Shown piece by piece: positions 47,166 to 60,432 of a stretch of DNA of 64,000 bases. This DNA comes from Chiloscyllium plagiosum (taxonomy: Eukaryota): NCBI RefSeq assembly GCF_004010195.1, contig NC_057728.1, positions 50,922,048-50,986,047 of the forward strand. Direction: 5' to 3'. Position numbers and translations under genes: made by a program. The number at the start of each line of letters is the position of its first letter. Positions within the stretch are counted from its first letter, which is position 1. The notes beneath the pieces were generated by a model. That model was not told where the DNA came from, did no database searches, and was given only the letters and a program-made list of their open reading frames with translations.

Positions 47166-48699
47166 AGCGCTGGAGAAGGAGGCCTTGTGAGTAGCCCATC
47201 CTCAATGATGGGGGAAGGGGAAAGTTCACAAGATAAAGCTGAAAGATTCGCAACAGTCTTCAGCCAGCATTCCTGAATGGATGATCCAGCCTAGCCTCCT
47301 CCAGAGGTCCCTGGCATCACAGATGCCAGTCTTTGGCCAATTTGTTTCACTCCACATGATATCAAGAAAGGACTGCGGACACTGAGCACTGACAAGGCAG
47401 TGGCACTGGCAAAAGCCCAGCTGTAGTCCTGAAGACTTGTGCTCCAGAACATACTGTACCCTGAACAAGGGTAGCAGGTACATGGGAATACCATCATCTG
47501 CAAATCATATTTCCAAGTCAGGATGGTGAGTGGCAATGGGGGCGGTCATTGCTTGGGATTTGCACAGTGCAGACTGGCATTGATTGTTGCACATATCCTT
47601 TTCTGAACTGCAGGTACAAGCCTCGCTTATCCAACCTTTCCTCATAAGAAGTTCGGAGTTTGAGTCCCAGTCCAGGTCTTGATGTCTAAGGAAACTCTTC
47701 ATAACTTGGCAAACAGGCCGAATACTGATTTCTAAATCCTTCAAACACACTTCAAGGTCAGTGTTATATTAGGCAGGAATGTGCCTGGTACTACTCCTAA
47801 CCTGTATGTTGCTGTAGTAACTCAGATTCCCTGAGTAATCTGTAATACCATCACCACCACGCCCCCAAAATCCATGGTCCCATATTCTGCTGTTTGGAAA
47901 TCTAAATATGTGAAATCTGGCTCTGCTTTAGCAATCCCTTATTCATTATATCTTTGAAAAATTTAATAACATTTTTCAACTGATCCTGTCTTATAAAGCC
48001 ATGTTGGCTCTGTCTGAGCAGACATTGGTTTTCATTGTGCCTTGTTATGATTTCCTTGCTAATAGATTCCAGCATTTTCCAAACAATTGATGCCAGCTAA
48101 CAAAAGGAAAGACAAGGGAATGCTGAAGAAACTGGGCTGGTCTGTGGGCAGCATCAGTGGAGAGAGTTCCTTCCAATTTTTGTCTTTGATTTGATTGGGA
48201 TAGGTCAGATTTAAAGGCATTGCATTGGGATCAGGATCCATTGCTGGGATTGCAATGGGATCAGATCTGGTTCATATTGAGATTGGGTGCCATTTACTGG
48301 CAATGTGTGGGGTTTGGACACTTTTCCTGGAATTGTATTGCAATTGGATCCCTCGTAGTCAAATGGGACGAGTTCATTTGAGAAAATCTGGTAGGCATAG
48401 AGGAGTAGGGCAGAAGGGTCTCTTTCAGTGCTGGGATTGTACTGATGGGGTCCTGTTACTGATTCTGGGATGTTTTACTGGGATCAGGTCCTATTGCTGG
48501 GAATCTTAACGGGTATCGGGTCCAGTTCCTGGGATTTTAATTGGGATCGGGTCCAGTTCCTGGGATTTGATGGGATTGGCTCCAGTGGTGGCCAGTCTGT
48601 TGGGATCTGATCGGATCGGGTAGTTAATGAGATCGACTCCAGTCAATGTGGTTTGATGGGATCGAGTCCCATTCCACGGATTTGAAGGGATCGAGTCCT

Positions 48700-48806
48700 G
48701 CTCCAGGAGCGGATCTTGCTCCGGCCTCCGCCCCCTTTTCCTTCCCATTTCCGCCAGGGAAAAGCGAAAGGAATAAAGTGGCGGCCGGAGCCCGGAGCAG
48801 GTCAGA
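48700..48806 (+). promoter_or_regulatory. Putative CpG-island promoter and non-coding first exon of a downstream gene
   Basis: Abrupt CpG/GC enrichment, GC box CCGCCCCC, CCATTTCCGCC (YY1/ETS-like), candidate donor CAG|GTCAGA at 48800/48801. Orientation is inferred. Confidence 0.45.
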
Positions 48807-48821
48807 ACCGTAACTTCTCCC

Positions 48822-51800
48822 GGGATCCGGGAACCGGGAACCGGGGGAGAGGGAGAGATCCCAGCACCGGGAACCGGGAGAGAGAGAGAGATCCCAGCAC
48901 CGGGGGAGAGGGAGAGATCCCGGCACCGGGAACCGGGAGAGAGAGAGAGATCCCAGCACCGGGGGAGAGGGAGAGATCCCGGCACCGGGAACCGGGAGAG
49001 AGAGAGAGATCCCAGCACCGGGCACCGGGGGAGAGGGAGAGATCCCAGCACCGGGCACCGGGGGAGAGGGAGAGATCCCAGCACCGGGCACCGGGGGAGA
49101 GGGAGAGATCCCAGCACCGGGCACCGGGGGAGAGGGAGAGATCCCAGCACCGGGCACCGGGGGAGAGGGAGAGATCCCAGCACCGGGCACCGGGGGAGAG
49201 GGAGAGATCCCAGCACCGGGCACCGGGGGAGAGGGAGAGATCCCAGCACCGGGCACCGGGGGAGAGGGAGAGATCCCAGCACCGGGCACCGGGGGAGAGG
49301 GAGAGATCCCAGCACCGGGCACCGGGGGAGAGGGAGAGATCCCAGCACCGGGCACCGGGGGAGAGGGAGAGATCCCAGCACCGGGCACCGGGGGAGAGGG
49401 AGAGATCCCAGCACCGGGCACCGGGGGAGAGGGAGAGATCCCAGCACCGGGCACCGGGGGAGAGGGAGAGATCCCAGCACCGGGGGGGAGAGAGAGATCC
49501 CAGCACCGGGAACCGGGGGAGAGAGAGAGATCCCAGCACCGGGAACCGGAGGAGAGAGAGATCCCAGCACCGGGAACCGGGGGAGAGAGAGATCCCAGCA
49601 CCGGGAACCGGAGGAGAGAGAGATCCCAGCACCGGGAACCGGGGGAGAGGGAGAGATCCCAGCACCGGGAACCGGGGGAGAGGGAGAGATCCCAGCACCG
49701 GGAACCAGGGGAAAGGGAGAGATCCCAGCACCGGGAACCGGGGGGGAGAGAGAGATCCCAGCACCGGGAATCGGGGGAGAGAGAGATCCCAGCACTGGGA
49801 ACCGGGGGAGAGGGAGAGATCCCAGTACTGGGGGAGAGGGAGAGAGAGATCCCAGCACCGGGAACCGGGGGAAAGGGAGAGAGAGAGATCCTAGCACCGG
49901 GAACCGAGGGAGAGGGAGAGAGATCCTAGCACCGGGAACCGGGGGAGAGGGAGAGAGATCCCAGCAGCGGGTACCGGGGATAGAGAGAGATCCCAGCACT
50001 GGGAACGGGAGGAGAGGGAGAGAGATCCCAGCACCAGGAACCGGGGGAGAGAGAGAGATCCCAGCACCGGGAACCGGGGGAGAGGGAGAGAGATCCCAGC
50101 ACCGGGAACCCGGGGGGAGAGAGAGATCCCAGCACCGGGCACCGGGGGAGAGGGAGAGAGAGAGATCCTAGCACCAGGAACCAGGGGAGAGGGAGAGGTC
50201 CCAGCACCGGGAACCGGGGGAGAGGGAGAGATCCCATCACCGGGAACCTGGGGAGAGGGAGAGAGATCCCAGCACCGGGAACCGGGGGAGAGGGAGAGGG
50301 AGAGATCCCAGCCCCGGGAACCGGGGGGGGAGAGAGGGAGAGAGAGAGAGATCCCAGCACCGGGAACCGGGGGAGAGTGAGAGAGAGAGAGAGATCCCAG
50401 CACCGGGAACCGGGGGAGAGAGAGATGGAGATCCCAGCACCGGGAACCGGGGGAGAGAGAGAGAGAGATCCCAGCACCGTGAACCGGGGGAGAGGGAGAG
50501 AGATCCCAGCACTGGGTACCGGGGGAGAGGGAGAGATCCCAGCACCGGGAACCGGGGGAGAGGGAGAGAGATCCCAGCACCGGGAACCGGGGGGGAGGGA
50601 GAGAGAGAGAGATCCCAGCACCGGGAACCGGGGGAGAGGGACAGAGAGAGAGATCCCAGCACCGGGATCCAGGGGAGAGAGAGAGAGAGATCCCAGCTCC
50701 GGGAACTGGGGGGTTGGTGAGAGAGAGAGAGATCCCAGCACCGGGAACCGGGGGAGTGGGGGAGAGAGAGATCCCAGCACCGGGAACCGGGGGAAAGGGA
50801 GAGAGATCCCAGCACCGGGAACCGGGGGAGAGAGAGAGATCCCAGCACCTGGAACCGTCGGGGGGGAGAGAGATCCCAGCACCGGGAACCAGGGGAGAGA
50901 GAGAGAGATCTCAGAACCGGGGGAGAGAGAGAGATCCCAGCACCGGGAACCAGGGGGGAGAGAGAGAGAGAGATCCCAGCACTGGGAACCGGGGGAGAGA
51001 CAGAGATCCCAGCACCGGGAACCGGGGGAGAGAGAGAGATCCCAGCACCGGGGAGAGGGAGAGATCCCTGTACCGGGAACCGGGGGGGAAAGAGAGTGAG
51101 AGAGATCCCAGCACCGGGAACTGGGGATAGAGAGAGAGAGATCCCAGCACCGGGAACTGGGGATAGAGAGAGAGAGATCCCAGCACCGGGAACTGGTGGA
51201 TAAGGAGAGAGATCCCAGCACCAGGAACCAGGGATAGAGAGAGAGAGAGATCCCAGCATCGGGACCTGGGGATAGAGAGAGAGAGAGAGAGAGAGATCCC
51301 AGCACCGGGAACCGGGGGGAGAGAGAGAGAGAGAGATCCCAGCACCGGGAACCGGGGAGAGAGAGAGAGATTGGGATAGGGAACCCGGGGAGAGAGAGAG
51401 AGAGACCAGGATTGGGAATCCGGGAGAGAGAGAGAGAGAGAGACCGGGATAGGGAACCCGGGGAGAGAGAGACCCGGATAGGGAACCCAGGGAGTGAGAG
51501 AGAGAGAGACTGGGATAGCGAACCCAGGGAGATAGAGAGAGACCGGGATAGGGAATCCGGGAGAGACAGAGAGAGAGAGAGAGAGAGACCGGGATAGGGA
51601 ACCCGGGGAGAGAGAGACCGGGATAGGGAACCCGGGGAGAGAGAGACCGGGATAGGGAACCCGGGGAGAGAGAGACCGGGATAGGGAACCCGGGGAGAGA
51701 GAGACCGGGATAGGGAACCCGGGGAGAGAGAGACCGGGATAGGGAACCCGGGGAGAGAGAGACCGGGATAGGGAGAGGGGGAGAGAGAGATCCCAGCACC

Positions 51801-51900
51801 AGGAACAGGGAGGGGAGAGAGAGAGAGATCCCAGCACTGGGAACAGGGAGGAGAGAGAGAGAGAGAGAGAGATCCGGGAACCGGGGGTCCCGGGGAACAG
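48822..51900. repeat. CpG-rich, purine-skewed minisatellite (33-bp core unit; 29-bp sub-array at ~51440-51770)
   Basis: 14 perfect copies of CCCAGCACCGGGCACCGGGGGAGAGGGAGAGAT at 49011-49472, flanked by variants with variable (GA)n. Confidence 0.95.
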
Positions 51901-52668
51901 GAGCTCCCAGTCTTGGGGAAGAACCTCGGTGCTCCAAGTCAACTCCGATTGACTGGAACCAGAATAGAGAGAGTGTGAAAGGACTGAGGAGAGGGTGTGG
52001 GTGGGGGGAGAGAGAGAGGGAAAGATGCTGAGAGAGTGAGAGCAGAGAAGGATAGAGGGAGGAAGAGAAAGAGAGGGAGAGCAGAGAGGCATAAAGAGAG
52101 GAGGAGAAAGAGAGAGGGAGAGCAGAGAGTTATAGAGAGAAGAGAAGGAAAGTAAGCATGTGAAAGGGCAATGAGAGAATGAGAGTTTTGGAAAATATTT
52201 GTATATTCCATTCTTGCCCAGTTTTAAATTATAACTTTATCCAGAGAGAGAATATTGCAAACTTGAATCTTTTTATTAAACTCACAACAGAAATTGAAAG
52301 TACTCCATAACAACCCTGCTGCAGATTCTTATGAACATTCTGAGGATTTTCAGCAATCTTAATTTGTATTAATATTGTATTTATTTCATTTCAAAAGATC
52401 CGATGCCAGTGTTTGGTAAAAGACTGCAGGATACACAAAAAGTTTGGTGCAAGTGAGGATTCTGGTAAGTATTTCTGAAGCTGAAATTCAGTTTGACATT
52501 TGAGAGTTTGATCTTTAAAAATGCAAATGAAACTGCAAAAATGCAACAAAACTCTTTTGGTGTTGGAAGTTTGAAATTAAGCAGATAGTGCTGCAAGCAT
52601 TCAAAAGGTTAAACAGCCTCTGTTGAGCATGAAAGTTAAAGACAAAGTTTGTTTCTCTTGCCTCAGGT

Positions 52669-54850
52669 GGATCTAAAAATTAAAGTTCTAAATTGGAGGT
52701 AGGCCAATTTTGACAGTATTAGGCAAGAGCTTTCAACAGTTGATTGGGGGCGGATGTTTGCAGCTAAAGGGACGGCTGGAAAATGGGAACACTCAAAAAT
52801 GAGATAACGAGAGTCCAGAGACAATATATTCCTGTTAGGGTGAAGGGTAAGACTAGTAGGTGTAGGGACTGCTGGATGACTAGAGAAATTGAGGTATTTG
52901 TTAGGAATAAGAAGGAAGCATATGTCAGGTATGGACAACAGAGATTGAGTGATTCCTGAGTAGAGTATAAAGGCAGTAAGAGGGAAATCTGGAGGGCAAA
53001 AAGGGGACATGAGATAGTTTTGGCAAATAGGGTTAAGGAGAATCCAAAGGGATTCTACAAATACATTAAGGACAAACGGGTGACTAGGGAGAGAATAGGG
53101 CCCCTCGAAGATCAGCAAGGCAGCCTAGAAGTGGAACCACAGAAGATGGGGGAGATACTAAACGAGAATTTTGCATCAGAGTTTACTGTGGAGAAGAATG
53201 TGGAAGATAGAGAACATGGGGAAATAAATAGCCACATTTTGAAAAATGTCCATATCACAGAGGAGGAGGTGCTGGACATCTTAAAATGCATAAAGGTGGA
53301 TAAATCCCCAGGACCTGATCAGGTGTATTTTAGAACTCTGTGGGAAGCTAGGGAAGTGATTGCTGGGCCTCTTACTGAGAATTTTGGATCATTGAGAGTC
53401 ACAGGTGAGGTGCCAGAAGACGGAGGTTGGCAAACATGGTGTCACTTTTTAATAAAGGTGGTAAGGAAAAGCCAGGGAACTATAGACAGGTAAGCCTGAC
53501 ATCATTGGTGGTAAAGTTGTTGGAGTGAATCCTGAGGGACAAAATTTACATGTAATTTGAATGGCACGAACTGATTATGGATAGTCAACATGGCTTTGTG
53601 CATGGGAAATCATGTCTCACTAACTCGATTGAGATTTTTGAAGAAGCAACAAATAGGATTGACGAGGGCAGAGCAATGGACATGATCTGTATGGACAAGG
53701 TTCGACAAGGTTCCTTATAACAAAGTTAGATCACATGGAATACAGGGAGTGCTAGCCATTTGGATACAGAACTGGCTCAAAGGCAGAAGACAAAGGGTAG
53801 TATCGGAGGGTTGTTTTTCAGACTGGAGGCCTGTGATCAGTGGTGTGCCACAAGGATCAGTGCTAGGTCCACTCCTTTTCATAATTTATTTAATGATTTG
53901 GGATGTGAACATTGGAGGTATAGTTGGTAAGTTTGCAGGTGACACCAAATTTGGAGGTGTAGTGGACAGCAAAGAAGGTTACTTCAGAGTACAATGGGAT
54001 TTTGATCACATGGGCCAATGGGCTGAAGAGTGGCAGATGGAATTTAATTTAGGTAAATGCGAGGTCCTGCATTTTGGAAAGGCAAATCAGAGCAGGACTA
54101 ATACACTTAATGGGAAGGCCCTGGGGAGTGTTGCTGAACTAAGAGACCTTGGAGTGCACATTCATAGTTCCTTGAAAATGGAGTCGCAAGTAGACAGGAT
54201 AGTGAAGAAAGTGGTTGGTATGCTTGCCTTTATTGATTAGTGTATTGAGTATAGGAGCTGGGAGGTCATGTTGCAGCTGTACAGGAGATTGGTTAGGCCA
54301 CTTTTGGAATACTGCATGCAATTCTGGTTTCCCTGCATTAGGAAGGTTGTTGTGAAATGTGGAAGGGTTCAGAAAAGATTCACAGAGATGTTGCCAGGGT
54401 TGGAGGATTTGAGCTATAGGGGGAGGCTGAATAGGCTGGGGCTATTTTCCCTGGAGCATCGGAGGCTGAGGGGTGACCTTATGGAGGTTTATAAAATCAT
54501 GAGGGGCATGGATAGGATAAATAGACAAGGTCTTTTCCTTGGCGTGGGGGAGTCCAAATCTAGGGGGCATAAGGTTAAGGTAAGAGGGGAAAGATTTAAA
54601 AGGGAACTAAGGGGCAACTTTTTCATGCAGAGTATGGTGTGTGTCTGGAATGAGCTGCCAGAGGAAGTGGTAGAGGCTGGTACAATTAGAACATTTAAAA
54701 GGCATCTGGATGGATATATGAATAAGAAGGTTTAAGAGTGATATGCTCCAAGTGTTGGTAAATGGCACTAGATTGATTTCGGATATCTGGTCGGCATAGA
54801 CGAATTTGACCAAAGGGTCTGTTTCCATGCTGTACAACTGTATGACTCTT
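52669..54850 (+). mobile_element. 5'-truncated CR1 LINE ORF2 (RT) and 3' UTR, decayed
   Basis: NPKGFYKYIK, KSPGPDQ, GVPQGSVLGPLLF, KFAGDTK, LYRRLVRPLLEYC, WNELPEEVV. Confidence 0.93.
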
Positions 54851-56329
54851 TTACTCTACTGCTTAACTATTGGATAGTTCAAATATTTTCTTTATAATGG
54901 AAGCTAGTTGTCTGGTTAACAGTGGAGAGTTGTGGGCTTGTCTCGTAATCTGGAGATACAGTCTAATGCACTAGGGGCATGGATTTCCATCAGGGTCGCT
55001 GTGGAATTTAAATTTATTTAATACATCTGTAATTGAAAGCTAGTCTCTGTGATGTCAATCACAAGTACTGATGGTTGTAAAACATCCTACACTCTTTCAG
55101 AAAGAAATCTAATTTGGCATGTGGTTTAGTGTCCACATCTGAGAGTTTGAGTTGAAGAGGACTGTTCAAGAGGAAGCAAAATCAAAAACTGCCTTTAACC
55201 GTGGGTTTCTTTAAAGCTGTGTTTATAGAATTTTAATGCTAAATATTACTATAGGTGGTAATCTGAGACATACAAGGCTCTAATCCTACTGTTAATTCTT
55301 CAGAGTGTTCTCTGCCTTTTCACACACATCCATCTTTTAATGTTCAACTCAGCCCACACTGTACTATTTATGCCCTGTTGGGGCAGTTCCGTGACATCAT
55401 TAGTAGATCATCCGAGGTTCTTAAAGGCCTTGCACAACAAAATCTGTCATCCTTAACCTGACCTACGTATCACTCCAGTTCTACAGCAATATGGTTGACT
55501 CTTAATTGCCCTCTGAAATAGCCACTCATTTCAAGAGCCATTAGGGATAGACAACACATGCTGGTGTTAAAGTGACACCCACATCCCATGGAAGCATTTC
55601 AAATCGACCTGTCAGTGGGACCTAACTGTTAATCAGTTCTAAGCTGTAGGTGTTAATGATTGGGAGCAGTAAGCTGAGTGAGCAATTGTTAATTGACGTA
55701 TCTGCTGCCACCACAATGCTGATGTCATTGATGTGCGCCCCGTACAGAAGACCTAACAACAAAGGGAGTGAGACTGGAACAAAACAAGGAATATTCACTG
55801 CTGCTTGGGAGTGAGTAAGCGGCAATGATGTTCAATAAAAGCACCATCTCATTCCTCCCTGGACATGGGATCTCTGCACCAGCGTCTGTTTTAAGCTATC
55901 TTCCATTCTGAATCAGTGCTGGGAGAGGACAGTGCATCACTGCCTTTAACAAAGACTTGGATCTTGTTACAGCTTCACTGGAGGAGTGAACCAGGGCTCC
56001 ACTACTCAGTGGTCATGGTCACAACATACAATTATAAATAGTTTTTCTAGTTACCAAGAAGACCTTATCCAAACTAGTTCTTTTAAGGAAAAAGATCCAT
56101 CAATCTGGTTACTTAGTAAACAGAATTATTGATTCATTGTCAAACAAAACTCACTCAACCATTTTGTAATAATTGATGAAATACACTTGGTGGGGTACCA
56201 TCCTAGGATATTCAAAGAAGTAGAGGTTGTTCTGCTACAATGCACATTTCGTTAGTTCAAATTCGGTATAAAGTGACTGACGAACAAGGGACAATATTTC
56301 CATAGTGCAGAGGTGTAGCTGCAGAGATA

Positions 56330-57530
56330 ATGGGTACCCTGGTGGTAATCTTGAAGGAATCTTTACATTCTGGAGTAGTCCCAGAGGATTGGAAAACTGC
56401 CAAGGAACATCTTTATTTAAAAACAGAAGGAGACAGAAATCATGCCCAAGTTAGCTAACATCTGTTGTTTGAAAATGTCAGAGACTATTATAAAAGAAGG
56501 AATAGCAGAGCATTTGGAATTCATAATCTAACAGACAAGAGGCAGCATAGCTTCATGAAAGAAAAATTAAGGCTGACAAATTTGTAAGAATTCTTCATGC
56601 AGGACCAAGCAGGATAGATAACGGGTAAACAGTTGATGGAATTTATTTGGGTTTCTGAAAGCATTTGATAAGGCGTTGCACATTATGCTACATAATAAGG
56701 TAAGAGGCAGTATGTCGTAGACAATTGGTGAACTAATAGACAATAGAGTTGGGATAACGGGAACCCTTTCAGGATTTCAATCGATAGTTAGTGGTGTCTG
56801 TGGGGATCACAGTTGGAGCAATATATATTAATGACTTGGATAATGACAATAGCCAGGTTTGCAGATGATGAGAAGGCAAGTCATGAGGATGACACAGTCT
56901 GCAGACGGATATAAACAGATTAAGCTGAGCATTTGGCAGTAGAATATAACGTGGGGGGAAATGAGGTTATGTACTTTGACGCGAAGTATAGAGAATTTGA
57001 GGTTGGTTGACTAAATTGGCTGGATGGCTAGTTTGCAATGCAGAGTAACATCAACAACATATTACTCGATTCCCACTGAGGTTACTGTGAAGGTGCTGCC
57101 TTCCTAAACCCACCCCTTGCCTGTCTCTAATGAGATTGAAGCTCTGTGGTCTTCAGGAACTATGGCAACTTGACCTTTACCCTTGACCGAGAGGAGCTGA
57201 ATATTATGAATATGGAGAAAGACTGCAGAAAGCAACAACACATGGGGAATTGGGAAGGCCTTATGCATAAATCACAAGAAGCCAGCATCCAAGTTTAGCA
57301 GGAAATAGGGAAGGCAAGTGGAGTGTTGGGATTTTATTTCAGAGGGAATGGAGTATAAAAGTGGGGAAGGTTTGTTAGAACAATGCAAAGTACTAGACAG
57401 ACCACAGTTGGAACACTGTGAATAGTTTTGGGTCCCTTATCTAAAGATAAGTTACACTGAAATTGACGGCAGTCCAGAAAAGTTCACTAGATTGATTTCA
57501 GGTGAGAAGGGATTTTCTTAAGAGAAGTGA
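56330..57530 (+). mobile_element. Old, highly decayed CR1 RT fragment
   Basis: Recognisable VPEDWK, KAFDK and FADD remnants with many stops. Confidence 0.65.
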
Positions 57531-58064
57531 TGTTAGCTTGGGATGGCTGGTTTGTAATTCAGAGAGATGCCAGCAGCATGGGTTCAATTTCTCACACTGG
57601 CTACGGTGTGATGTGATGACACTTAAGTCATCACTCTAATGAGAGAATGGTCTGGTCAAGCTATGACAAATATTGGGGTGAATTAAGCTTTTAACAAGCT
57701 CAATTAACTCCTTATTTATTTAACTCTGGTGGGTAAGCTGCTGATTTTGTGTATGTAATATTCAAACCCTGGCTCCAAAAAGTACTTTGTGAACAGAAAG
57801 AAAGAAGTAGGGATAATAGGCAGGTACTCCCGTCGATATGAGGTGATGAGTAATGCTCTGCATTGGTATATGTAATTATTCACAGTATTCATTAACATCT
57901 GAGACGATAGAGCAAAAAGCCATATATCCAGATTTGTCAAAGACCCGTGGCTAAGTGATGTTGTAGTCTGCTTAGATGAAAAACAGAATTGCAAAGCGAC
58001 ATTGTTATGTTTATTGAATGGACAAAACTGTAGCATGTGGTTCCTAGTGTAGGCAACCACACTA

Positions 58065-58365
58065 GGGGAGCACAGTGTCTCAGTGGTTAGCACTGCTGCC
58101 TCACAGCACCAGGGTCCCAGGGTCGATTCCAGGCTCAGGTGGCTGTCTGTGTGGAGTTTGCACATTCTCCCTGTGCTCTGTGTGGGTTTCCTCCCACAGT
58201 CCAAAGACGTGCAGGCCAGGTGAATTGGCCAGGCTAAATTGCCCATAGTGTTAGGTGCATTAGTCAGAGGGAAATGGGTCTGGGTGGGTTACTCTTCAGA
58301 GGGTCGGTGTGGAGGTTAGGCCGAAGGGCCTGTTTCCACACTGTAGGGATTCAAATCTAATCTAA
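58065..58365 (+). mobile_element. HE1-type SINE
   Basis: Head cagtggttagcactgctgcc, B box ggtcgattcc, tail ctgtagggattcaaatctaatcta. Confidence 0.92.
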
Positions 58366-58463
58366 ACTGAGAAGCCAGTCTCTAGATCTAAAAATGACAA
58401 AACAGAAGACTTTCAAACATTCGGTGGGTCCCTCTATCAATGCTCAATAGCAGCAGTCTAACA

Positions 58464-58730
58464 CGTTGTAAGTTTGCTTGCTGAGCTGGTAGGTTTGTTC
58501 TCAGACCTTTCGTTACCATGCTAGGTAACATCATCAGGGAGCCTCCGGTGAAGGGTTGGTGTTCTGTCCCGCTTGCTATTTATCTGTCTTGGTTTGTTGT
58601 GGTAGCTGCTATCATTTCTGGTTCTGTTTCTGAGAGGTTGGTAAATGGGGTCCAAATCAATATGTTTGTTAATGGAGTTCTGGTTTGAATGCCAGGCCTC
58701 TAGGAATTCCTGTGTATGTCTCTGTTTAGC
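58464..58730 (-). mobile_element. Second Penelope-like 3' fragment (GIY-YIG C-terminus and hammerhead)
   Basis: AKQRHTQEFLEAWHSNQNSINKHIDLDPIYQPL, homologous to the peptide at 15466-15949. Confidence 0.82.
58504..58537 (-). ncRNA. Minimal hammerhead ribozyme motif
   Basis: ctcc-CTGATGA-T-GTTACC-TAGCAT-GGTAAC-GAAA-GGTC-tgag; perfect 6-bp stem II and GUC triplet. Confidence 0.75.
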
Positions 58731-59180
58731 AGCAATGTGTATTGCACTGTAGTACAAGATGCACTGTCGAAAATTGCCAAGGCTCCTGAGACAGCAGGTA
58801 TGGCAGCAGATACATGGGAACACCACCACCTACAAGTTCCCCTCCCAGCTGCTCAACATCCTGAGCAATGTTTTCTCTAAGCTGCTCAGGCATGCCAAGG
58901 GTCCATACATTTGGATTGATATGCCAACGCCATTCCCAACGTTGATTTCCAGTCTTAGAGATCCAAGCAGAAGGAAACAAACTTAGTGGGGGGGGGAACG
59001 TAGATCCTGACCTGGAAACACATCATTGTTTCCTCCCTGTCATAGGGTCAAAATGTTGGAATTCCCTCCTTAACAACAGCACCATGGACTGCAGTGGTTC
59101 AAAAATACAGCTCACCATCACCTTCTCAAGGGCAATAAATGTTGGTCCAGCTAGCAATGCCTATCAGTGAATAAAAAAAA
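58731..59180 (+). mobile_element. Zenon-like LINE 3' fragment
   Basis: YKMHCRKLPRLLRQ; tail cagctcaccatcaccttctcaagggcaataaat...gaataaaaaaaa. Confidence 0.65.
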
Positions 59181-59874
59181 CAGAATTGGCAATTGGTGCT
59201 GGATAAATTGTCAGTCTTAAAATATTGAGGTCCTTTGGTTTTTCTAAGCTAAGATGTTGTGGGACAGGTATATGGATTTGGATCAAAGACCACCTGGGCC
59301 CTTTGAAAGGTGTAACAGGCTCTTGGTCTAACTAGACTCCTCCATTCCAATTGAGAATTCTGATTGGTGCTGGGGGAAGGGTTTACTGTGAGGACTGATG
59401 TGACTGACTGCATTCACTGAAGGGCATGGGGAGCTGCAGTTACTGTTTAACCAGGATGGAATTGATTTGTGTACATAAACATGCATGTCCTTTCACAACA
59501 CGCATTGGAATTTTGTTTGCCTATAGTTAGTGTTTGCTTTCCCTTTGTTTATTTAATGGAGCCAGTGTAGTTGCAAGAAGATAAACTATGCAGCTAGAGA
59601 TCATCAGTGGTAACTATCACAGTGCTCCCAACACATACAGTCAGTCTGTGCTCACTGCTCAGGGGATGATTGTAATTCTGTGATCACAGCATTCTGCTGC
59701 ATAATGACCAGGCCCTCATTATCACCTTCGAATTGTCCCTTGTGAAGGTGCTGATGGAGACTCTTGCTTTTAAACTGCTGCAGTCCTTGTGGTAAAGGTG
59801 CAGTTAGGTTGGTAGTCCCATGATATTGTCACACCTTGGAGGGCTGGAAGGGCAGCACTGAGGAAGGGCTATTT

Positions 59875-60432
59875 GTCTGGAGAGGCAGCCCCAAGAGAGA
59901 GCTGTGCAGCTGAGGGGCTGAATGGAGGGAGGGCTGTGCGACTGGAGAGGCTGCACCAAGGGAGGGCTGTGCGACTGGAGAGGCTGCACCAAGGGAGGGC
60001 TACGTGACTGGAGAGGCTGCACCAAGGGAGGGCTGTGCGACTGGAGAGGCAGCCCCAAGGGAGGGCTATGCGACTGGAGAGGCAGCCCCAAGAGAGAGCT
60101 ATGCAGCTGAGGGGCTGAATGGAGGGAGGATTATGCGACTGGAGAAGCTGCACCAAGAGAGGGCTGAGCAACTGGAGAGGCAGGCCCAAGAGAGAGCTGT
60201 GCAGCTGAGGGACTGAACGGAGGGAGGGCTGTGCGACTGGAGAGGCTGCACCAAGGGAGGGCTGTGTGACTGGAGAGGCTGCACCAAGGGAGGGCTATGC
60301 GACTGGAGAGGCTGCACCGAGCGAGGGCTATGCGACTGGAGAGGCTACACCAAGGGAGGGCTATGCGACTGGAGAGGCTGCACCGAGCGAGGGCTATGCG
60401 ACTGGAGAGGCTGCACTGAGGGAGGGCTGTGC
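59875..60432. repeat. 33-bp minisatellite (~16 copies)
   Basis: Unit CTGCACCAAGGGAGGGCTGTGCGACTGGAGAGG. Confidence 0.92.

Noticed and set aside
46224..47253. ORFs spanning the N run
   Set aside because: Open only because of the ambiguous bases; flanks are CR1.
48506..52092. Long ORFs of 230-566 aa on both strands
   Set aside because: They are stop-free translations of the minisatellite, open in several frames, with no protein-like complexity.
58043..58066. 8-bp hairpin CCTAGTGT...ACACTAGG next to an HE1 SINE
   Set aside because: Short enough to arise by chance in 64 kb, with no other support.
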